From an uncultured Clostridia bacterium (lineage in GTDB: Bacteria; Bacillota; Clostridia; TANB77; CAG-508): 64,000 nt of DNA. A program made the translations under genes and the position numbers. The stretch lies in the NCBI GenBank assembly GCA_944388765.1, contig CALXKA010000002.1, forward strand, positions 11,509-75,508. The letters are read 5' to 3'. Position 1 is the first letter of the stretch. Every line of letters begins with the position of its first letter. The notes beneath the pieces are model-generated. The model was not told where the DNA came from. It made no database searches and saw only the letters and a program-made list of their open reading frames with translations. Of the stretch, positions 36,681-47,451 are shown piece by piece.

Positions 36681-37601
36681 TTATTTTACACATTTTTCTA
36701 TTAATTCTATTTTTCTTGTCTTTGTTGTATCTATTTTTGCTTTTGCTCCTATTGGTATTACCGTTTTTGTTTCTGTGTGTCCAAAGTTATTAGATTTTAT
36801 TATTGGAAAATTGTACTTATCTTCTAAAACATCTAAAACAACCTTTTCAAGTGTTATTTCGCTTTCATGTTCATAGTTTCCTATCCATAATCCTTTTATC
36901 TTATCAAACACTCCATTTTGTTTCATGTAGTATAGGTAATTACTTGCAAGTGATGGCATTGTTTCAAACCCCAATTCCTCTAAAAACAAAATCTTGTCTG
37001 TAAAGTCTATTGAATATTTTCCTTCAACTAGACCTCTTGTTAAACTTAAATTACCTCCTATTAATTTTCCTTCTGCTATTCCATCTTTTAATGTTTTATA
37101 TTTCTCTCCTTCTATACCTATTTCCAAACTGCCATCTACAAATCTTTTAATTACTTCATTATAGCTATAGTCTGTTTCATCTGTTGCTATTGTTTTAAAA
37201 TTCGTTCCACTAAATGTTACAAGTCCTGTTTTTGCTGTTATTATGTTTGTTAATGATGTTATATCACTATATCCACAAACTATTTTTGGATTGTTTTTTA
37301 TTGAGTCATAATCTAAATATTCAAATGTCGAATTCGAATTTTGTCCACCTTTTGCACACCATATCATTTTTACTTCTTTATCGTTAAACATTTCATTTAT
37401 ATCTTCTGCTTTTTCTTTTGCTGTGCTACTATATCCATTTGTATTTGAAAATAAATTTTTTGAATATTTGACTTTAAATCCTGCTTTTTCTACTTTTTTT
37501 CTTGCGTCTTCTAATTCTTTTATATTATCATCTATTATTGGATTTGAAGGTGCTACTACTCCTATTGTATCTCCTATTTTTAATTTTTCTGGAATTATCA
37601 T
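36681..37601 (-). CDS. LD-carboxypeptidase (peptidase S66, LdcA-like)
   Basis: GYSDITSL nucleophile motif and the C-terminal NNFGHTE. Confidence 0.8.
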   Translation of the reverse strand: MIIPEKLKIGDTIGVVAPSNPIIDDNIKELEDARKKVEKAGFKVKYSKNLFSNTNGYSSTAKEKAEDINEMFNDKEVKMIWCAKGGQNSNSTFEYLDYDSIKNNPKIVCGYSDITSLTNIITAKTGLVTFSGTNFKTIATDETDYSYNEVIKRFVDGSLEIGIEGEKYKTLKDGIAEGKLIGGNLSLTRGLVEGKYSIDFTDKILFLEELGFETMPSLASNYLYYMKQNGVFDKIKGLWIGNYEHESEITLEKVVLDVLEDKYNFPIIKSNNFGHTETKTVIPIGAKAKIDTTKTRKIELIEKCVK

Positions 37602-37619
37602 TTTTACCTCCTTTTAATT

Positions 37620-38912
37620 TTATTGCGTTTCTTTTTGTTCATCATATTTTCTTTCTATTTTTGAATATTCTTCTGGTTTTAGTCCTACTCTATTTTTCAT
37701 ATACTTTTCTACTAATACAAATATTATTGTAAAAATTATTCCTATTATAATCATACAGTATGCTGTCGTTGTTTTATCTAATAGAAATGATGCTAGTATT
37801 CCTATTATCATCCTGAAAACGTTTCTGAATAAATTTTTTGCAGCAAATATTTTTGTATCAATTGATTGGTTAGCAAAATTTCTTAGATATTTATCAATAA
37901 TTGTACTATACATTCCATTTCCGAAACTATATATTAAAAATGTTGCTATTACAATTAATAATAATAGAATATGTCCTTGTGCCTTAATTCCAAATATACC
38001 TGCAATTACTGTACTTATTGATAGCAATATTGATATTATAAATAATGATTTATTTCTGAATCTTTCATGAAATTTATTCTGAGTTCTTGATGCATATGCA
38101 CTAATAAAACTTCCAATTGCTGCAATGATTCCTATAATTATTGACGATAACCTTAATTCTTCTTGTAAGCTTACATGATATGTTGATAGTATCCATATTA
38201 GTGCATCTATTAATGAAGCACATAAAATTAAAGCTTTTAATCTTTCTGATTTTAGTATAAATATGAAACCATCTTTTACGTTTTTTATTTGTTCTTTATA
38301 CATTAATTTACTTTTTGTTTTCTTCTTTATTGGTTCTATAAATCCAATAGATAATATTGTAACTATTATTAATATAGCTAGTGAACATATAACTGGTAAA
38401 TATCCATTTATAGCAAATAGAAAACCTGCAATTATCTTTGAAATGGAATTCAAAATATAGTAACCAGATGCTCCTTTTGCACTTATTTTTGAGAAGATTT
38501 TACTTTTATATCTAGATGGCGGAATTGATTCATTTAGTAAGCTTGGTTCTGCAACATTCTTTATTGAAAATGCTATTGCACAGAAAAATTCTGCAATAAT
38601 TAAATCAAACAAGTTTCTGCTTAGCATTATAATTACCATATAAATACAGTTTAAAATATTTCCTAATATTGCACTATTCTTTCTTCCTAAAAACTCTACA
38701 ACTATATTTGCTGGTATTTGTACTATAATACTAAAAAAAGCATAAAAAGTACTTTTTAATACAACATCAGAAGCACTAATTCCTTTTATCTGTGTAAGAA
38801 ATAGGAAGTCTATTGTATAGAAAAATAGATAGTCCCATCCCAATTTTTTATATAAAGGAAATATCCTCATATTAGTTTTTCTCATCATTTGTATTTCTTG
38901 ATTATTTTTCAT
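37620..38912 (-). CDS. MFS transporter
   Basis: About 12 predicted TM segments. Close paralog of 39783..41063. Confidence 0.75.
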   Translation of the reverse strand: MKNNQEIQMMRKTNMRIFPLYKKLGWDYLFFYTIDFLFLTQIKGISASDVVLKSTFYAFFSIIVQIPANIVVEFLGRKNSAILGNILNCIYMVIIMLSRNLFDLIIAEFFCAIAFSIKNVAEPSLLNESIPPSRYKSKIFSKISAKGASGYYILNSISKIIAGFLFAINGYLPVICSLAILIIVTILSIGFIEPIKKKTKSKLMYKEQIKNVKDGFIFILKSERLKALILCASLIDALIWILSTYHVSLQEELRLSSIIIGIIAAIGSFISAYASRTQNKFHERFRNKSLFIISILLSISTVIAGIFGIKAQGHILLLLIVIATFLIYSFGNGMYSTIIDKYLRNFANQSIDTKIFAAKNLFRNVFRMIIGILASFLLDKTTTAYCMIIIGIIFTIIFVLVEKYMKNRVGLKPEEYSKIERKYDEQKETQ

Positions 38913-38933
38913 CTTATACTCCTTTATCTTTTC

Positions 38934-39770
38934 TTATATCTTTTCTATTAGTGCTACATTTAATCCATATCCTTGTTTTTCTACTCTATATGAATGTATT
39001 TTATTTGAATTACATACACTACATATCTTGCTATCTATAATATTTTCTTCTTCTAATCCTGCTTCTTTTAATATAGTTTTGTTTATTAAAACTGTATCTA
39101 TATTCCATTTTTTATTTGATATGTTTTCTTTTATTATTTCATTTAGATTTAGTTCTTTAAATTCCTTTTCAAACATATCTTTTACATCTTCATCTACTTC
39201 GAAATGACATTTTCTTATACTTGGGCATATGCAACAAATTATATCTTCTGGTTTACAATTGAATTCTTTTATCATCTTTTTTACTGTTTTTACTGATATC
39301 CTTTGCAAGGTTCCTCTCCAACCAGAATGTGTATTTGCAATTATATTTTTTACTGGATCATAGAATAGTAATAAAATACAGTCTGCATTTGTTGTTCCCA
39401 ATATTATATCTTTTTTATTTGTAAATAATCCATCTGTTCTATCATATTCTTCAATATCAAAGTCTGGTTTATTTATTTCAATTTTGTTTTTTACCAATTT
39501 TACTTCATCTGTATGATCTTGATTTGGTTTTACTAAATTTTCATAATTCATATTCAATTCTTTACATAGTTTTTTGTATGATTTTATATTTTTTTCATAT
39601 TGGTCTTTTGGTAATTCTTTTTTATCAGGTGTAGTTGTCCTAAAATTCCAGTCTATCCCTAATGTATATACATGGTTTATTTTATCTTTATATTCAAGTA
39701 ATTTCTTAAATTGAAGATATTCTACTCCATCTTTTTTTATATGAATTACATTTTCATTTGATAAATCCAT
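38934..39770 (-). CDS. pgeF: Peptidoglycan editing factor PgeF / YfiH-family laccase-domain protein
   Basis: QDHTDEV, NADCILLLFYDP, HSGWRGT and CPSIRKCHFEV. Confidence 0.85.
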   Translation of the reverse strand: MDLSNENVIHIKKDGVEYLQFKKLLEYKDKINHVYTLGIDWNFRTTTPDKKELPKDQYEKNIKSYKKLCKELNMNYENLVKPNQDHTDEVKLVKNKIEINKPDFDIEEYDRTDGLFTNKKDIILGTTNADCILLLFYDPVKNIIANTHSGWRGTLQRISVKTVKKMIKEFNCKPEDIICCICPSIRKCHFEVDEDVKDMFEKEFKELNLNEIIKENISNKKWNIDTVLINKTILKEAGLEEENIIDSKICSVCNSNKIHSYRVEKQGYGLNVALIEKI

Positions 39771-39782
39771 TTTTTTCTCCTA

Positions 39783-41063
39783 TCAATTTAATTCATCATA
39801 TTTAATTTCATCTTTTGAATATTCTTCTGGTTTTAATCCTACTCTTGTTTTCATATATTTATTCATAACTATTGTGAATAATAAAGTAGATATTCCTAAT
39901 ATCATCATACAGTATGCTGTATTCATTCTATCTAGTAAGAAGGATGCTATAATTCCAATAAATGCACTTTGTATACTTCCTAGAAAGTTTTTAATTACAA
40001 ATATTTTTGTGTCTATTTTTTCATTTGCAAAATTCCTTAAATATTTTTCTATTAATTGTTGATATATGCTGTCATATGCATATTTAATAATATATGCAAT
40101 GATTATTACGGCTATAAAGATTCTATATTGTCTTGATATAAGTCCTGAAATACCAGCTGCTATAATTGTAAGTCCAATTACTCCTATTAGTATTGATAAT
40201 GATTTATTTTTATATTTGTTATGAAATTTTTCTTGTTTTTTTGCTAAAATTCCAGATACTATTCCTAATATAGCAAAAATTGTACATAAATATTTTGCTG
40301 ATATATTTAACTCTTCTAATAAACTTATCTCATATGTTGCCAATACACTAATTATTCCTACAACCACTGAATCAAATAATATTAAACTTTTTAGTCTTTC
40401 TGATTTTAGGGTAAATTTTAGAGAATCCTTTAATTCCTTTATTTGGTTAAATTCTTTTATTTCTTTTATTTTAGTATTTTTTTGTGGTTCTATAAAACCA
40501 ACTGATAATAATGTTACAATTATAGTTATTGTAAGAGATAATGTTATTGGTATATATGGATTTATATCATAGAAAAATCCTGCAATTATCTTTGAAATAG
40601 AATTTAAAATATAGTAACCAGAAGCTCCCTTTGCACTTATTCTTGAAAAGATTTTGCTTTTATATCTAGATGGCGGTATTGATTCGTTAAGTATTGCTGG
40701 TTCTGCACTATCTTTTATCCCAAATGCAAGTGAGGATAATATTTCTGCTATTATAAGGTTAAATAAATTATTACTAAATATTATCATTAGAATATACATG
40801 CAATTTAGGATATTGGCAAAAACTATACTCTTCTTTCTTCCTATATATTCAATTATAAATGCTCCTGGTACTTGCATAATTATTCCAAATAATGCGTAAA
40901 AAGATTCAATAAGGACAACATCTGCTGGGCTAATATTTTTTACTTGTGTTAAGAAAAGGAAATTAGTTGTATAAAAAAATATATAATCCCAACCTAGTGA
41001 TTTGCATATTGGAAATAATTTCATATTATGTTTTCTCATTTGTCTTTTTTTATCTTTTTCCAT
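39783..41063 (-). CDS. MFS transporter (paralog of 37620..38912)
   Basis: Shares long identical stretches with its paralog, e.g. LNESIPPSRYKSKIFS.ISAKGASGYYILNSISKIIAGF. Confidence 0.75.
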   Translation of the reverse strand: MEKDKKRQMRKHNMKLFPICKSLGWDYIFFYTTNFLFLTQVKNISPADVVLIESFYALFGIIMQVPGAFIIEYIGRKKSIVFANILNCMYILMIIFSNNLFNLIIAEILSSLAFGIKDSAEPAILNESIPPSRYKSKIFSRISAKGASGYYILNSISKIIAGFFYDINPYIPITLSLTITIIVTLLSVGFIEPQKNTKIKEIKEFNQIKELKDSLKFTLKSERLKSLILFDSVVVGIISVLATYEISLLEELNISAKYLCTIFAILGIVSGILAKKQEKFHNKYKNKSLSILIGVIGLTIIAAGISGLISRQYRIFIAVIIIAYIIKYAYDSIYQQLIEKYLRNFANEKIDTKIFVIKNFLGSIQSAFIGIIASFLLDRMNTAYCMMILGISTLLFTIVMNKYMKTRVGLKPEEYSKDEIKYDELN

Positions 41064-41087
41064 AAATTTCTCCCTTTTAATTTTGTT

Positions 41088-44000
41088 TTACCTTATGTCT
41101 TTCATCTTTTTTATTATATCATCTTTTGATTTTTGTTCTATATAGTTATATCTATTATCTTTATATTTCGGATTAAATCCACATATCATTTTATATTCAC
41201 AATACTCACATGGTGTTTTTCCCTTTTTATTATATGGTCTTATTTCTATATTTCCATTTAATATTTCTTTTGCTATTTGCTTTATTGTTATATTTATATA
41301 ATCTTGCAAGATTTTAAATTCCTCTTTCGTTACTCCATTAGTCCATTTTTGATTTACCGCTCCTGCACTAGTTATTGCTGCTGGGACTAATTTTGAGCTT
41401 CCAGATGTTAATGTATTATCATTCATTTTTATAATTTTTACATCTGCAACAATTAAACCTTTCATTTTAAAGTTTTTTTGTATCATTTCTTCTATTTTTT
41501 CATCTGTAATTTTTTTATCTGATGTAATCATTTGTTCCAATAAAGAAAAATAGAATATTCCTGCTGGCATTATATCTTCTTCATTGCAAATAGCATCTAC
41601 ATACGTTAATAACTGTATTTGTAATCCTGCATATACTTCGTTTAAATCTATATTTTTACTTGAAGATTTATAATCTATTATTCTTAAATATTTACCATTT
41701 TCTTCATTTGCTGTATCTATTCTATCAATTTTACCTGTAATCTTAACTTTTTTTCCATTTTCTAATTCTAATATTATCGGTCTATATTTTCCTTTTTTAC
41801 TAAATTCAACTTCTGTTCCTTCTATATTAAAGTCACTATGTATAATGGTTTGAATTATATATTTCAGTGCTTTTGTTATAATTCTTTTTAATCTTCTTAC
41901 TAATACTTTATATTTCACACTTGCCGTGAATATATAATTTTTTGCATCTTCCAATTTTTCTTCTATTATTTTTGATACTAATTCAAATATATATTCTTCT
42001 TCTAATTCCGCTAAGTTTATATCTTCTTTTCTAGTTGTTTCGAAAAATTCATCTATTATTTCATGCATAAAAGAACCTGTATCAAATGTATGTATTTTTA
42101 ATTCTTCTTTTTCTTTTAATTTTAATCCATATTGTAAATAATATGAAAATGGACAACTTCTATATTTTTCTAACCTTGAAACACTTGTGTTTAATGTATC
42201 TCCATATAATTTTTCTGTATTTTCTTTTGTTAGCATTTTAGGTTGATTTGTATAAAATAATGCTTGTAAATCTTTATTTAATATTTCTTTCCAATCATTT
42301 TGAGATTTGTAATATTGATATACTAAATACCATACTTCATCTATTTTTTCTTTATCTTTTAACTTTGCAATATTTTCTAATAATTCTTCATATGTAACTT
42401 TTGAATTTGCTATTTCATAATTTTTACTTATTATATCACTGTCTTCTTGTAATTTTGGAAAAATTCTCTTTATTTTGTTTATATAAATTGATGGCCTTAG
42501 TGTTTTTCCTTCTTTGTCTGATGAGCAATATGAAATGTATATATTATTTTCTGCTGTTGTAAATGCTTTATATATGTTAAAATTTTCTTCATATAAATTT
42601 TCGGTTGTTCCCTTTGCTATTTCTAATCCTTTACTCTTTAAATATTCTCTATCTTCATCATTTAAAAATCCCTCTTCTTTTTTTATACTTGGGAATTGCC
42701 CATCATTTACTCCTATTAGGAATACTGTTTTTACTTTATGACTCCTTGAACGCTCAATATCTGCAAATGTAACTTGATCTTGTGTTCCTGGTATTCTTCC
42801 AAGTTCGCTATTTTGCATTCCTACTTTTAATATTTTGCTATATTTATCAAGCGTTATTTTATCTTCTCCAAATGTAAGTACAATTTCGTCTAATATTTCT
42901 AAGATTATTTTATAGCTTTGTATATACTCTTCTGCTAGTTCAATTAGTCCTGTTTTTTGTAATTCTTCTATTTTTAAGTTTATTTTTTCTTCTAGTTTTT
43001 GACTAATTAAGAATTCATACAGACTTTTACTAATATTTTTTGCTGTTTTTTCATTATCTATTTTTTTCTTTAATTCTAATAAAGGTTCTACAATTTGTTT
43101 TCTTAATTCATTTAGTCTTCCAATTTCCTGAGCTTTTTCTGTGTTTTCTTTTTCATATGTAAATTCTTTTTTCCATTTATTTTGCTTTATTCCCCATTTT
43201 ATACAATAATTTTCTAGTCTAAATATTTCATCTTTTTCTATATCACAAAATCCTGATTTTAAATAAAAAAATATACTTTCTATTGTAAAATTTTTGTTTA
43301 ATATTTCCATAATTGATAATACATATTGTGTTATTATGTTTTGATTTAGCTCTCTTTTTTCATCAATAAATACTGGTATATTATATTTTGAAAATATACT
43401 TCTAACTAATGGAGAATATTCATTAATATTTTTTGCAATTACTGCTATGTCTTTATACCTTAGATTTTCATTTCTTGTTAATCTAGTAATTTGTTTTGCA
43501 ACTTGTTCTATTTCACTATATGGATTTTGTGCTAGAAATAGTTGTATGTTATGGTTTTCTTTATTATATTTGTTTATTTTTGTATTATTTATGTTTTCAC
43601 TTAAATGTTTTAATTCTTCTGCTTTAAATCTATATGTATTATTTAAAAATACTTGTTCTTCTAATTTTAGTCCATTTTCTTTTACTAAATTTAGTATCTT
43701 TTTTAATGTTTGTTTATTAGAATAAAATATGTCTGTATCTGGGTTTGTGTTAGTATCTAAGTTGTCTATACATATTGTTATATTTACTTGCTTAGCTTGT
43801 TCTATTAGTTTTTTTATAACTTCATATTCTTGACCTGTAAATCCTGCAAACTCATCTAAATATATTATACTATCTTTTATTATATTAGTTTGTTCTAAAT
43901 TTTGACTTAATATATTTAAAAGATCTGTATCTTCTATATATTTATTTTTTATTTGCTCTTCAAATTTTTCATAGATTAAAATTGCATCTGATAATTTTGA

Positions 44001-44441
44001 TTTTAAATAGTTGTCTTCTGTATTTTTTTCTTCTTCTTTTAAGCTTTCTATTGTAATTCCATGTTTTTTAAATTCTTTTATAGCATTCATGCTTAATTCA
44101 ATATTCTCATCTGATTTTCCTAAAAATTTAAATTCTTTTTTATATTTATTTAATATGGAATATATAATCATTGCTTTTCCACATTTAGAAATCTGAGTTT
44201 TGTTTGCTCTACCTATTTCATTCATCACTCTATATGCTAATCTACTTAATGTAACTACTTCTGCATTTGTAATTGCGTTTTTATTTATGCATTCCATAAG
44301 CTTTCTTTCAGCTGTAAATGAAAATTGTTCTGGTGTTATCATATATATCTTTTTTTCTTTTTCTATCAATTTGGCTATTTCTAAAAAACAAAACTCGCTT
44401 TTTCCAGTACCTGGTTTTCCATATATAATTCTTAACCCCAT
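41088..44441 (-). CDS. addB: Helicase-exonuclease AddAB, subunit AddB
   Basis: N-terminal GKPGTGKS Walker A, 1117 aa, and a C-terminal RecB-like nuclease with Fe-S cysteines (RSCPFSYY ... CEYCEYKMICGF). Confidence 0.88.
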   Translation of the reverse strand: MGLRIIYGKPGTGKSEFCFLEIAKLIEKEKKIYMITPEQFSFTAERKLMECINKNAITNAEVVTLSRLAYRVMNEIGRANKTQISKCGKAMIIYSILNKYKKEFKFLGKSDENIELSMNAIKEFKKHGITIESLKEEEKNTEDNYLKSKLSDAILIYEKFEEQIKNKYIEDTDLLNILSQNLEQTNIIKDSIIYLDEFAGFTGQEYEVIKKLIEQAKQVNITICIDNLDTNTNPDTDIFYSNKQTLKKILNLVKENGLKLEEQVFLNNTYRFKAEELKHLSENINNTKINKYNKENHNIQLFLAQNPYSEIEQVAKQITRLTRNENLRYKDIAVIAKNINEYSPLVRSIFSKYNIPVFIDEKRELNQNIITQYVLSIMEILNKNFTIESIFFYLKSGFCDIEKDEIFRLENYCIKWGIKQNKWKKEFTYEKENTEKAQEIGRLNELRKQIVEPLLELKKKIDNEKTAKNISKSLYEFLISQKLEEKINLKIEELQKTGLIELAEEYIQSYKIILEILDEIVLTFGEDKITLDKYSKILKVGMQNSELGRIPGTQDQVTFADIERSRSHKVKTVFLIGVNDGQFPSIKKEEGFLNDEDREYLKSKGLEIAKGTTENLYEENFNIYKAFTTAENNIYISYCSSDKEGKTLRPSIYINKIKRIFPKLQEDSDIISKNYEIANSKVTYEELLENIAKLKDKEKIDEVWYLVYQYYKSQNDWKEILNKDLQALFYTNQPKMLTKENTEKLYGDTLNTSVSRLEKYRSCPFSYYLQYGLKLKEKEELKIHTFDTGSFMHEIIDEFFETTRKEDINLAELEEEYIFELVSKIIEEKLEDAKNYIFTASVKYKVLVRRLKRIITKALKYIIQTIIHSDFNIEGTEVEFSKKGKYRPIILELENGKKVKITGKIDRIDTANEENGKYLRIIDYKSSSKNIDLNEVYAGLQIQLLTYVDAICNEEDIMPAGIFYFSLLEQMITSDKKITDEKIEEMIQKNFKMKGLIVADVKIIKMNDNTLTSGSSKLVPAAITSAGAVNQKWTNGVTKEEFKILQDYINITIKQIAKEILNGNIEIRPYNKKGKTPCEYCEYKMICGFNPKYKDNRYNYIEQKSKDDIIKKMKDIR

Positions 44442-44468
44442 ATTTCACCTCCATGTCTAATTATACTT

Positions 44469-45335
44469 TTAAGCTTCTCTTCTCCAATAAAATAAATATT
44501 GTTGTGCTAATCCTGCTAAATCCCCAAATTTTTCATTTGCTATTTTCTCTATTTCTTTTTTATTTACTTTTGTCTCATCTTGATTATGGATGTATAGATC
44601 ATTCATGACTCTTCTTACCCATACGTCTATTGGAAAAACTTCAAATCTTTTTAGTGTTGAAAATAACAATATACAGTCTGCAACTTTTGGTCCAACACCT
44701 GATAAGCTTAGTAATTGCTCTCTAACTTGTATTGTATCTGGGTTTTTTTGCATTTCTTCAAGGTTTATTTTTTTATCTAGTATCATATGTGTTGTTTCAT
44801 ACAATCTAATATCTCTAAATCCTAAACCTAATTCTCTATATTCTTGTACAGTTACATCTTTTAATTGTTTTGCTGTTGGAAAAGTATAATATTTGTTACC
44901 TTTCCAATTTATTTCTTTTCCATATTTTTTTGATAATCTTTCAATTATTCCTTTTATTCTTGGAATATTATTATTTGCAGAAATTATAAACGATATTATT
45001 GTTTCCCATAAATCCTGATTTAATATACGTATCCCTTTTCCATATTCAATACTTTTTTTCATATTTTCATCAATATTTGATAATTTGTTTTTTATATTCT
45101 CATAGTTTCTGTTTAAATCAAAATACTCTTCTACTGTTGTTTTTATATTTTCTTTACAAATTCCTGTAAATATTATTTCATTATTTATTTTCCTAACATT
45201 TAAAACATTTTCACCAAATACTCCTATATAACTTCCATCATCTTGTTCATTCCATCTAAAACATTGTCCACATTCAAATATATCTTTTAATTCAAATGAG
45301 TTACTATCCTTAATTATATATTTTTGTTCTTTCAT
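44469..45335 (-). CDS. ogg: 8-oxoguanine DNA glycosylase (OGG1-type, HhH-GPD)
   Basis: N-terminal FECGQCFRW and the HhH-GPD motif LSLSGVGPKVADCILLF...PIDVWV. Confidence 0.82.
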   Translation of the reverse strand: MKEQKYIIKDSNSFELKDIFECGQCFRWNEQDDGSYIGVFGENVLNVRKINNEIIFTGICKENIKTTVEEYFDLNRNYENIKNKLSNIDENMKKSIEYGKGIRILNQDLWETIISFIISANNNIPRIKGIIERLSKKYGKEINWKGNKYYTFPTAKQLKDVTVQEYRELGLGFRDIRLYETTHMILDKKINLEEMQKNPDTIQVREQLLSLSGVGPKVADCILLFSTLKRFEVFPIDVWVRRVMNDLYIHNQDETKVNKKEIEKIANEKFGDLAGLAQQYLFYWRREA

Positions 45336-45461
45336 TTTTCTCTTCCTTTTTGTTTAATTTCTACATTATTATACTATATTTTTTTACTTTTGAACATAGC
45401 TTATAATTAAATGTATTTAAAAAACAAAACATATATAAAAGAAATGTCTACAATCGACATT

Positions 45462-46331
45462 TCATTCTTTTTTAAATCCTAAACCTACTACTTCTCTTGA
45501 ATTTGTGATTATTATAAATACTTTTTTATCTACTTTTTTCGCTATTTGTTTTATTCTATTTATATCTCTTCTTGATGCAGCACACATTAATATTAATTTC
45601 TCTTTATTTGTATACATTCCTTTTCCATATATTCCTGTTGCTCCTCTTTGAACTTTTTCTCCTATTTCTTTTGCTATTTCTTCTGTTTTATCTGAAATTA
45701 TTAGTAATAATTTTGTAAAGTCTATTCCCTCAAATAATATATCAATTATCTTTCCCATTATATATATCGCTATTGCTGAGTATAATCCTATTTCTATTTC
45801 TTTAAAAAATATTACATTTAATGTTATTATTGTTATATCTATCATTATTATTAAATTACTTGCTCTAATTTCTGGTTTATATTCTTTTGCAATAAAACTT
45901 ATTAAATCGCTTCCTCCTGTTGATGAATTTGCTTTTAATAATATTGCTGTTCCCAATCCTATCAAAATTCCACCATATATACATGCTAATAGTCTATCTT
46001 GTGTTAATGGATTAAATGAATCTAATAAATCTATAAAATATGATAGACTTATTGTTCCTATCAATGACTTTATAAAAAAACTTTTCCCTATCTTAAAAAA
46101 TGAAAATATAAATAAAGGTATATTTATTATTAATATCATTGTTCCCATTGGTATTTTTAATAAATAATATGTTATTGTCGCAATTCCAGCTATTCCTCCT
46201 GATGATAATTGATTTGGAAGTAAAAATAATGATACCCCTGCTGCCATCATTCCTGAACCTATTATTGTTAGCATTATTTCAATAAATATTCTTGGTATAT
46301 TATATTTTTCTTCTATATGCATAAAAACCAC
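45462..46331 (-). CDS. YitT-family membrane protein (DUF2179 C-terminal domain)
   Basis: Five or six TM segments with SSGGIAGIA, plus a C-terminal soluble domain. Confidence 0.7.
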   Translation of the reverse strand: MVFMHIEEKYNIPRIFIEIMLTIIGSGMMAAGVSLFLLPNQLSSGGIAGIATITYYLLKIPMGTMILIINIPLFIFSFFKIGKSFFIKSLIGTISLSYFIDLLDSFNPLTQDRLLACIYGGILIGLGTAILLKANSSTGGSDLISFIAKEYKPEIRASNLIIMIDITIITLNVIFFKEIEIGLYSAIAIYIMGKIIDILFEGIDFTKLLLIISDKTEEIAKEIGEKVQRGATGIYGKGMYTNKEKLILMCAASRRDINRIKQIAKKVDKKVFIIITNSREVVGLGFKKE

Positions 46332-46381
46332 CTTTTACTTTATTATTGGTAAATTGTGGTTTTTTATACATTGTTCTTTAT

Positions 46382-47437
46382 TTATTCTTCTAAAAAATCA
46401 TGATATATTTTTGTTATTTCTATCTTTGATTTTCCTGGTTTTATATTTTCATCTTGCTTTAATATTAAATCCACATCATATGTATCTTTTAATTTTAATA
46501 CATTTCCTTTTTTATGCCCTATAACACTGTTACTATCTGTTGGATTTACTGTTACTTCTACTTCTTTTACTTTTACATTTAATTTCTTAATTTTGGCAAC
46601 TATTGCATCATACCATAAACTTGACTCAACCAATTGTCTAAATGCCGGATGATATGGTCCTGCAATTACTTCACTTGTTTTTTTATCTGGATTTGTTATC
46701 TCGTCTGTATTTTGCAAGCCTACTCTTATTACATCTATTTTCTTTTTTACAAACATTGCTACTAGTTGTTTACATGTTTCAACTGCTTGTACTAATGGTA
46801 ATGGTTCATATTTTCCTTCTTTATATTCTTCTTCTAGTTTTGTATTTTTTACTACTAGTACTGGATATATCCTTACCATTTTAGGTTTTAACTTTATTAG
46901 TGCTTTTGCAGTATTTATTTCATCTATTCTTGTACTTTCTGGTAGTCCTACCATCATTTGATGTCCTAATTTAAATCCATACCATTTTATTAGTTTAGAT
47001 GCTTTTTTTACATCTTCGAAAGTATGTCCTCTATTTGATCTTCTTAAAATATAGTCATTTGCAGACTGTACACCTAGTTCTATTGTCTTTACTTTGTATT
47101 TTTTTAATCTTTTTAATGTTTCTTTGTCTATACTATCTGGCCTTGTTGAAATTCTAATACTTTCAACTTTTTCATTTTTTACATATTCATATGCAAGTTC
47201 TAATAGTTCTTCTTGTTTATTTACATCTATTGCTGTAAAACTTCCTCCAAAAAATGCTATTTCAATTTGTGCATTTTCATTTTTTATATTTTCAAGGTAA
47301 TTATCAATTATTTCTTTTGCTTCTTCCTTAGTCATATTTTTCTTTTGACCACTTATAGATTTTTGATTACAAAATATACAATCATTGGGACAACCTAAAT
47401 GTGGTACAAATATTGGTATAATATATTGCTTTTTCAT
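46382..47437 (-). CDS. Radical SAM protein (ELP3-like family)
   Basis: CPNDCIFC, matching the CxxxCxxC motif, close to the N-terminus. Confidence 0.75.
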   Translation of the reverse strand: MKKQYIIPIFVPHLGCPNDCIFCNQKSISGQKKNMTKEEAKEIIDNYLENIKNENAQIEIAFFGGSFTAIDVNKQEELLELAYEYVKNEKVESIRISTRPDSIDKETLKRLKKYKVKTIELGVQSANDYILRRSNRGHTFEDVKKASKLIKWYGFKLGHQMMVGLPESTRIDEINTAKALIKLKPKMVRIYPVLVVKNTKLEEEYKEGKYEPLPLVQAVETCKQLVAMFVKKKIDVIRVGLQNTDEITNPDKKTSEVIAGPYHPAFRQLVESSLWYDAIVAKIKKLNVKVKEVEVTVNPTDSNSVIGHKKGNVLKLKDTYDVDLILKQDENIKPGKSKIEITKIYHDFLEE

Positions 47438-47451
47438 ATTTTACCTCTTTT

